This document shows, piece after piece, positions 59,412 through 64,000 of a stretch of 64,000 nt of DNA (position 1 is the stretch's first letter; every line of letters starts with the position of its first letter). Made by a program: the position numbers and the translations under genes. A model generated the notes under the pieces. It was given only the letters and a program-made list of their open reading frames with translations, was not told where the DNA came from and did no database searches. This DNA comes from Nitrospinota bacterium (GTDB taxonomy: Bacteria; JADFOP01), in the NCBI GenBank assembly GCA_022562795.1, contig JADFOP010000005.1, positions 3,660-67,659 on the forward strand. The letters run 5' to 3'.

Positions 59412-60479
59412 ATGGGGAAGAAAATTTTATTGGCTGACGACAGCGTTACCTTCCAGAAAATTATTGAGCTTACCTTCGAAGGCGAGGGGTTCGACCTGGA
59501 GGTGGTGGGTAATGGTCGGGAGGCCCTCGAGCGGGCCGAAGCCTCGCCTCCAGATATTATCCTCGCCGACTTCACCATGCCAGGCCTCTCGGGGATTGAA
59601 CTCTGTCGGAAGATTCGCGAGCACCCAGTCCTGAGCCCCGTTCCCGTCGTCCTCCTGACCAACATCCTCGATGAGTTTGACCGGTCCGAGGGCGATGCGG
59701 CAGGTGTCACCGCTTATGTAGAAAAACCCTTCGAGTCACAGTCCCTTATAGACCGCGTCCACGAGATTCTCAGCGGGGTCGACCCAGCCTCGATAGAGGC
59801 GCCAATCTCTCCGGCACACCCCCCCGCCGATGAGGTCTATCACATCTCCGAGGAGCCTGAGGAGGAGGTCGTGCCAGCTTCGATCAAGACCGAACGGGAT
59901 GAGCTGCTCGAAGAGTTTTACCAGGCCACCGCTCAGTCCGCACCCAGCGTGGATGCCGAGGAGACCCTGACTCTCGTGGAGGTCGCAGAGAAGGAGACCG
60001 AGGCGCCGTCTCCCACAGCCGAGGAGTCTCAGGCTCCCCCTGTGCAGCCGGACATTTTGGCTCCCGAGGAGAAGCTGGATGAACCCCAGGTTGCCGAGGA
60101 GGAGGTGGATCAGCCCCTCGTTGCCGAGCAGAAGGTGGATCAGCCCCTCGTTGCCGAGGAGGAGCCATCGCCCGAGGCGTTCCTCTCCTGGATGGACTCC
60201 TACAGGGCCCCGACCGGCCTCGCCGAAAAAGACCGGCCAGCAGCAGAGCCTTCCACCGACCCACTGTCGGATGAAGTTACTGCCGCTGCCGGCGCCACCT
60301 TCGAGGAGGCCGCAGGTGATGCAGCTCAAGCCTACATAGACCAGATTATCCATCAGGTGGTCGAAGAGCTTACGCCCACCATCACCCAGGAAGTTGTGGA
60401 GCGCCTCGAGGCGACCGTCCCGCCTATCGCCGAGCGCATAATCAGGGAAGAGATCGAGAAATTGAAGCGGGACGCATGA
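59412..60479 (+). CDS. RomR-like response regulator, copy 1 (receiver + acidic linker + C-terminal helix)
   Basis: KILLADDS, IILAD phospho-Asp, LLT, EKPF; Glu/Pro-rich linker; C-terminus VPPIAERIIREEIEKL resembles RomR-C. Start ATG 59412 after AGGAGG. Confidence 0.85.
   Translation: MGKKILLADDSVTFQKIIELTFEGEGFDLEVVGNGREALERAEASPPDIILADFTMPGLSGIELCRKIREHPVLSPVPVVLLTNILDEFDRSEGDAAGVTAYVEKPFESQSLIDRVHEILSGVDPASIEAPISPAHPPADEVYHISEEPEEEVVPASIKTERDELLEEFYQATAQSAPSVDAEETLTLVEVAEKETEAPSPTAEESQAPPVQPDILAPEEKLDEPQVAEEEVDQPLVAEQKVDQPLVAEEEPSPEAFLSWMDSYRAPTGLAEKDRPAAEPSTDPLSDEVTAAAGATFEEAAGDAAQAYIDQIIHQVVEELTPTITQEVVERLEATVPPIAERIIREEIEKLKRDA
60090..60164 (+). repeat. 30-nt in-frame tandem repeat (VAEEEVDQPL) in the linker of regulator copy 1
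   Basis: GTTGCCGAGGAGGAGGTGGATCAGCCCCTC, GTTGCCGAGCAGAAGGTGGATCAGCCCCTC, then a partial third copy. Confidence 0.85.
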
Positions 60480-60529
60480 GACATCACACCTCAATGTGAC
60501 CAGAGTAACGCCCCAGCGCGGAGCACCCC

Positions 60530-60720
60530 GTGGGCACCCCAACCCTGCCTAAAGCATACGACTCGTCCTCTACGGAAGCCAATTGGTAAGACTCCTGGCT
60601 TGAACACGGGGTGTTTCACGCTGACGTCAACGCCGGGTTTCCACCGTTCCCCATCGTCATCCCCCCACCCAACATAACCGGCTCCCTTCACATGGACCGC
60701 ACCCTCAACAAAACGCTCCA
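60530..60720 (+). pseudogene. valS: Duplicated, inactivated 5' fragment of valS
   Basis: Reads MGTPTLPKAYDSSSTEANW*DSWLEHGVFHAD...[14 protein letters not shown]; TAC>TAA at 60587-60589 and a degraded HIGH motif. Confidence 0.9.
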
Positions 60721-60909
60721 ACATCCAAGCAATCTTCCACGCCTTCCGAGGGAGCCTAACACCCTTCTCCCTCAATCTGATAGACCTGAAGGGCCGCCCC
60801 TCCCCGGCCTCTAAAGTCCTTGACACCATAGGGTTCGTGTGATAGCAAAAGACCATACGTGGAAGTGGATTCGGCGCACCTGGCAACGGGGTTTCACCAG
60901 GAGGCCGGT

Positions 60910-61947
60910 ATGGGGAAGAAAATTTTGTTGGCTGACGACAGCGTCACCATACAAAAGATTATCGAGCTTACCTTCGAAGGCGAAGGGTTCGACCTGGAGG
61001 TGGTGGGCGACGGTCAGGAGGCCCTCGAGCGTGCCGAAGCGTCACCTCCCGATATTATTCTCGCCGACTTCACCATGCCAGGCTTATCGGGGATGGATCT
61101 CTGTCGGAGGATTCGCGAGCACCCGGTCCTCAGCCCCGTTCCCGTCGTGCTCCTGACCAACAGCTTCGATGAGTTCGACCGGTCCGAGGGCGATGCCGCC
61201 GGTGTCACCGCTTATGTAGAAAAACCCTTCGAGTCACAGTCCCTCATTGACCGCGTCCACGAGATTCTCAGCGGGGTCGACCCAACCTCGATAGAGGCGC
61301 CAATCTCTCCGGAACACCCCCCCGCCGATGAGGTCGACCTCATCTCGGAGGAGCCACCGGAGGAGGTCGTCCCAGCTTCGATCAAGACCAAACGGGATGA
61401 GTTGCTCGAAGAGTTTCACCAGGCCACCGCTCAGTCCGCACCCAGCGTGGACGCCGAGGAGACCCCGATTCTCGAGAAGGTCGTAGAGAAGGAGACCGAG
61501 GCGCCGTCTCCCACAGCGGAGGAGCCTCAGTCTCCCCCTGCTCCCCCGGACATTTTGGCTCCCGAGGAGAAGCTGGATGAACCCCAGGCTGTCGAGGATG
61601 AGGCGGATCTGCCCCTCGTTGCCGAGGAGGAGCCACCGCCCCAGGAGTTCACCTCCACATTTGACCCCATCGGAGCCGCGACCAGCCATGTAGAAGAAGC
61701 CCGGGAGCCAGCCGAGCCTTCCCCTGCCCCACTTTCGGATGATGCCACGGCCGCCGCCGGTGCCACCATCGAGGATGCCGTAGGTGATGCCGTCCGCTCT
61801 TACATCGACCAGCTTATCCATCAGGCGGTCGAAGAGCTTACTCCTACCATCACCCAGGAAGTGGTGGAGCGCCTCGAGGCGACCTTTCCCTCTATCGCCG
61901 AACGCATAATCAGGGAAGAGGTCGAGAAATTGAAGCGGGGCGAATGA
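60910..61947 (+). CDS. RomR-like response regulator, copy 2
   Basis: Paralog of 59412-60479 with the same receiver residues; C-terminus FPSIAERIIREEVEKL; start ATG 60910 after AGGAGG. Confidence 0.85.
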   Translation: MGKKILLADDSVTIQKIIELTFEGEGFDLEVVGDGQEALERAEASPPDIILADFTMPGLSGMDLCRRIREHPVLSPVPVVLLTNSFDEFDRSEGDAAGVTAYVEKPFESQSLIDRVHEILSGVDPTSIEAPISPEHPPADEVDLISEEPPEEVVPASIKTKRDELLEEFHQATAQSAPSVDAEETPILEKVVEKETEAPSPTAEEPQSPPAPPDILAPEEKLDEPQAVEDEADLPLVAEEEPPPQEFTSTFDPIGAATSHVEEAREPAEPSPAPLSDDATAAAGATIEDAVGDAVRSYIDQLIHQAVEELTPTITQEVVERLEATFPSIAERIIREEVEKLKRGE

Positions 61948-61997
61948 GACACCACTCATCCAGGCGGCCAGAGTAACGCCCCGGCGCGGAGCACCAC

Positions 61998-64000
61998 GTG
62001 AGCGTCCCAACCCTGCCTAAAGTCTACGACCCTGCCTCGACGGAAGCCAAATGGTACAACTTCTGGCTTGAACAGGGCTTGTTTCACGCTGACGTCAACT
62101 CTGACGCTCCTCCCTTCTCTATCGTCATCCCCCCACCCAACATAACCGGCTCTCTCCACATGGGCCACGCCCTCAACAACACGCTCCAAGACATCCTGAC
62201 GCGGTGGAAGCGGATGGAGGGGCACAATGTCCTCTGGATGCCCGGCACCGACCATGCAGGAATAGCCACCCAAAACGTAATCGAGCAGCAGCTCGCCGAC
62301 GAAGGGACTGACCGCCACGCCCTCGGCCGGGATGCCTTCGTCGAAAGAGTCTGGGCCTGGCGGGAGGAATCGGGCGGCACGATCGTCGAGCAACTCAAGA
62401 GGCTCGGGGCCTCGTGCGATTGGGAGCGGGAGCGGTTCACGATGGACGAGGCTCTCTCGAGGGCGGTGCGGGAGGTCTTCGTCCGCCTCTGGGAAGATGG
62501 ACTCATATATCGCGACTACTACATCATCAACTGGTGCCCTCGCTGTCTAACGGCCCTAAGCGACCTGGAGGTGGACTACCACGAGATCGCGGGCCGCCTC
62601 TACTACATCCGGTACCCCTTGGCCGACGGCTCCGGCCACCTTATTATCGCCACGACCCGGCCCGAGACCATGCTTGGCGACACGGCCGTGGCCGTCCACC
62701 CCGAGGACGACCGCTACCGTCATCTCGTTGGCCAGACCGCCATCCTCCCGTTGGCGGCCCGCCGCCTTCCACTGATAGCCGACGAGCACGTCGACCCGGC
62801 TTTCGGCACCGGCACCCTCAAGGTGACGCCGGCCCACGACCCGTACGATTTCGAAATCGGGCTCCGCCACGGGCTAGACCAAGTGATCGCAATAGACGAA
62901 AGAGCCTGCATGGACGTGCCTGAGCTCCCGTATCACGGCCAAGATAGATTTACAGCACGTGATAATATTGTCAAGGACCTTAGGGCCCAAGAGCTCCTGG
63001 AGAAAATCGAAGACCATCCTCACTCCGTTGGCCACTGCTATCGCTGCCAAACCATCGTCGAGCCGACCCTATCGCTCCAGTGGTTCGTTAAGACGAAACC
63101 GCTGGCAGAGCCCGCCATCGCGGCCGTCAAGGAGGGGCGCATCCGAATCGTCCCAAAGGGATGGGAGAAGACCTACTTTGAGTGGATGTACAACATCAAG
63201 GACTGGTGCATCTCACGCCAAATCTGGTGGGGCCACCGCATCCCTGCGTGGCTCTGCGCCTCTTGCGGCCTATACACCGTGAGCCGCGAGGATACTATCG
63301 AGGCTTGCGTCCATTGCGGGGCTTCGGAAATCACTCAGGAAACCGACGTCCTCGATACCTGGTTCTCCTCCGCTCTGTGGCCATTCTCCACCATGGGGTG
63401 GCCCGACCAGACAGAGGAGCTCGCCCTGTTCTACCCCACCAGCGTCCTCGTCACCGGTTTCGATATCCTCTTTTTCTGGGTGGCGCGGATGATCATGATG
63501 GGGCTCAAGTTCATGGGCGATGTCCCCTTTCGAGACGTTTACATCCACGCCCTGGTTCGGGACGAGCGCGGCGAGAAGATGAGCAAGTCGAAGGGAAACG
63601 TCATCGACCCGCTCATAATGATGGAGAACTACGGCACCGACGCCATCCGCTTCACCCTGGCGGCCCTCGCCGCCCACGGCCGGGACGTAAAGCTCTCCGA
63701 ACAGGTCATCACCGGATACCGGAACTTCGCCAACAAGCTTTGGAACGCCACACGGTTCGTCCTAATGCGCCTGGAAGACTACGACCCGACCGCGCCCGTG
63801 GAGGAGGCCACGGAGTTGGCCGACCGATGGATTCTAAGCCGCCTGAGCCGCCTAGAATTCACCGTCCGAGAGGCCCTCGAGTCCTACAAGCTCAACGAGG
63901 CCTGCCAAGCAATCTACCAGTTTGTCTGGCACGAGTTCTGCGACTGGTACGTTGAGCTCGTCAAGCCCCGCCTGGCCACCCCCGGCTCAAGCCGGGACAC
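61998..64000 (+). CDS. valS: Valine--tRNA ligase, runs off the window
   Basis: Not in the ORF track (no stop). GTG start, [14 protein letters not shown] (HIGH), [22 protein letters not shown], in-frame KMSKS at 63576-63590. Confidence 0.98.
   Translation, partial: MSVPTLPKVYDPASTEAKWYNFWLEQGLFHADVNSDAPPFSIVIPPPNITGSLHMGHALNNTLQDILTRWKRMEGHNVLWMPGTDHAGIATQNVIEQQLADEGTDRHALGRDAFVERVWAWREESGGTIVEQLKRLGASCDWERERFTMDEALSRAVREVFVRLWEDGLIYRDYYIINWCPRCLTALSDLEVDYHEIAGRLYYIRYPLADGSGHLIIATTRPETMLGDTAVAVHPEDDRYRHLVGQTAILPLAARRLPLIADEHVDPAFGTGTLKVTPAHDPYDFEIGLRHGLDQVIAIDERACMDVPELPYHGQDRFTARDNIVKDLRAQELLEKIEDHPHSVGHCYRCQTIVEPTLSLQWFVKTKPLAEPAIAAVKEGRIRIVPKGWEKTYFEWMYNIKDWCISRQIWWGHRIPAWLCASCGLYTVSREDTIEACVHCGASEITQETDVLDTWFSSALWPFSTMGWPDQTEELALFYPTSVLVTGFDILFFWVARMIMMGLKFMGDVPFRDVYIHALVRDERGEKMSKSKGNVIDPLIMMENYGTDAIRFTLAALAAHGRDVKLSEQVITGYRNFANKLWNATRFVLMRLEDYDPTAPVEEATELADRWILSRLSRLEFTVREALESYKLNEACQAIYQFVWHEFCDWYVELVKPRLATPGSSRD

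Larger units (their letters stand above)
59209..62189 (+). repeat. Diverged ~1.5 kb tandem duplication
   Basis: Copy 1 is 59209-60707 and copy 2 is 60708-62175; the shared ACAA(A/C)ACGCTCCAA microhomology occurs at 59209, 60708 and 62176. Confidence 0.9.

Overview
GC-rich bacterial chromosome segment, almost all housekeeping genes. Gene order resembles Deltaproteobacteria/Nitrospinota-type lineages (inference from ccsA-hemACDB, ilvC-psd-pssA-leuA with a Leu T-box, a split F0 atp cluster and a RomR-like regulator next to valS). No tRNA, rRNA, CRISPR array, integrase or transposase was recognised. It encodes tetrapyrrole synthesis, rpiB-glyA-nrdR, aroCA, folC-accD, branched-chain amino-acid genes, atpZIBE, a B12-mutase accessory/CoA-transferase cluster, miaB, glpX, CorA and Ktr transporters, ftsH, nuoABCD-G-H, ribF, hpt, a TolC-family protein, ruvX-mltG and a partial valS. 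Main unusual signals: (1) a rhodanese directly after nuoH whose CxC active site is encoded TGA-ACG-TGA followed by a SECIS-like hairpin, a probable double-selenocysteine (UxU) protein that the ORF track truncates; (2) the expected ilvB-ilvN position is filled by a divergent ThDP enzyme plus an inverted ilvD, with only a 3' remnant of ilvN left; (3) a CoA-transferase beta subunit lacking the canonical catalytic Glu beside meaB and a B12-binding subunit; (4) a ~1.5 kb microhomology-bounded tandem duplication giving two RomR-like regulators and a dead valS 5' fragment; (5) an rmlA'-'rmlD deletion-scar fusion; (6) a frameshifted dedA and a GIN-motif CorA. All family calls are by motif recognition; no database search was run.
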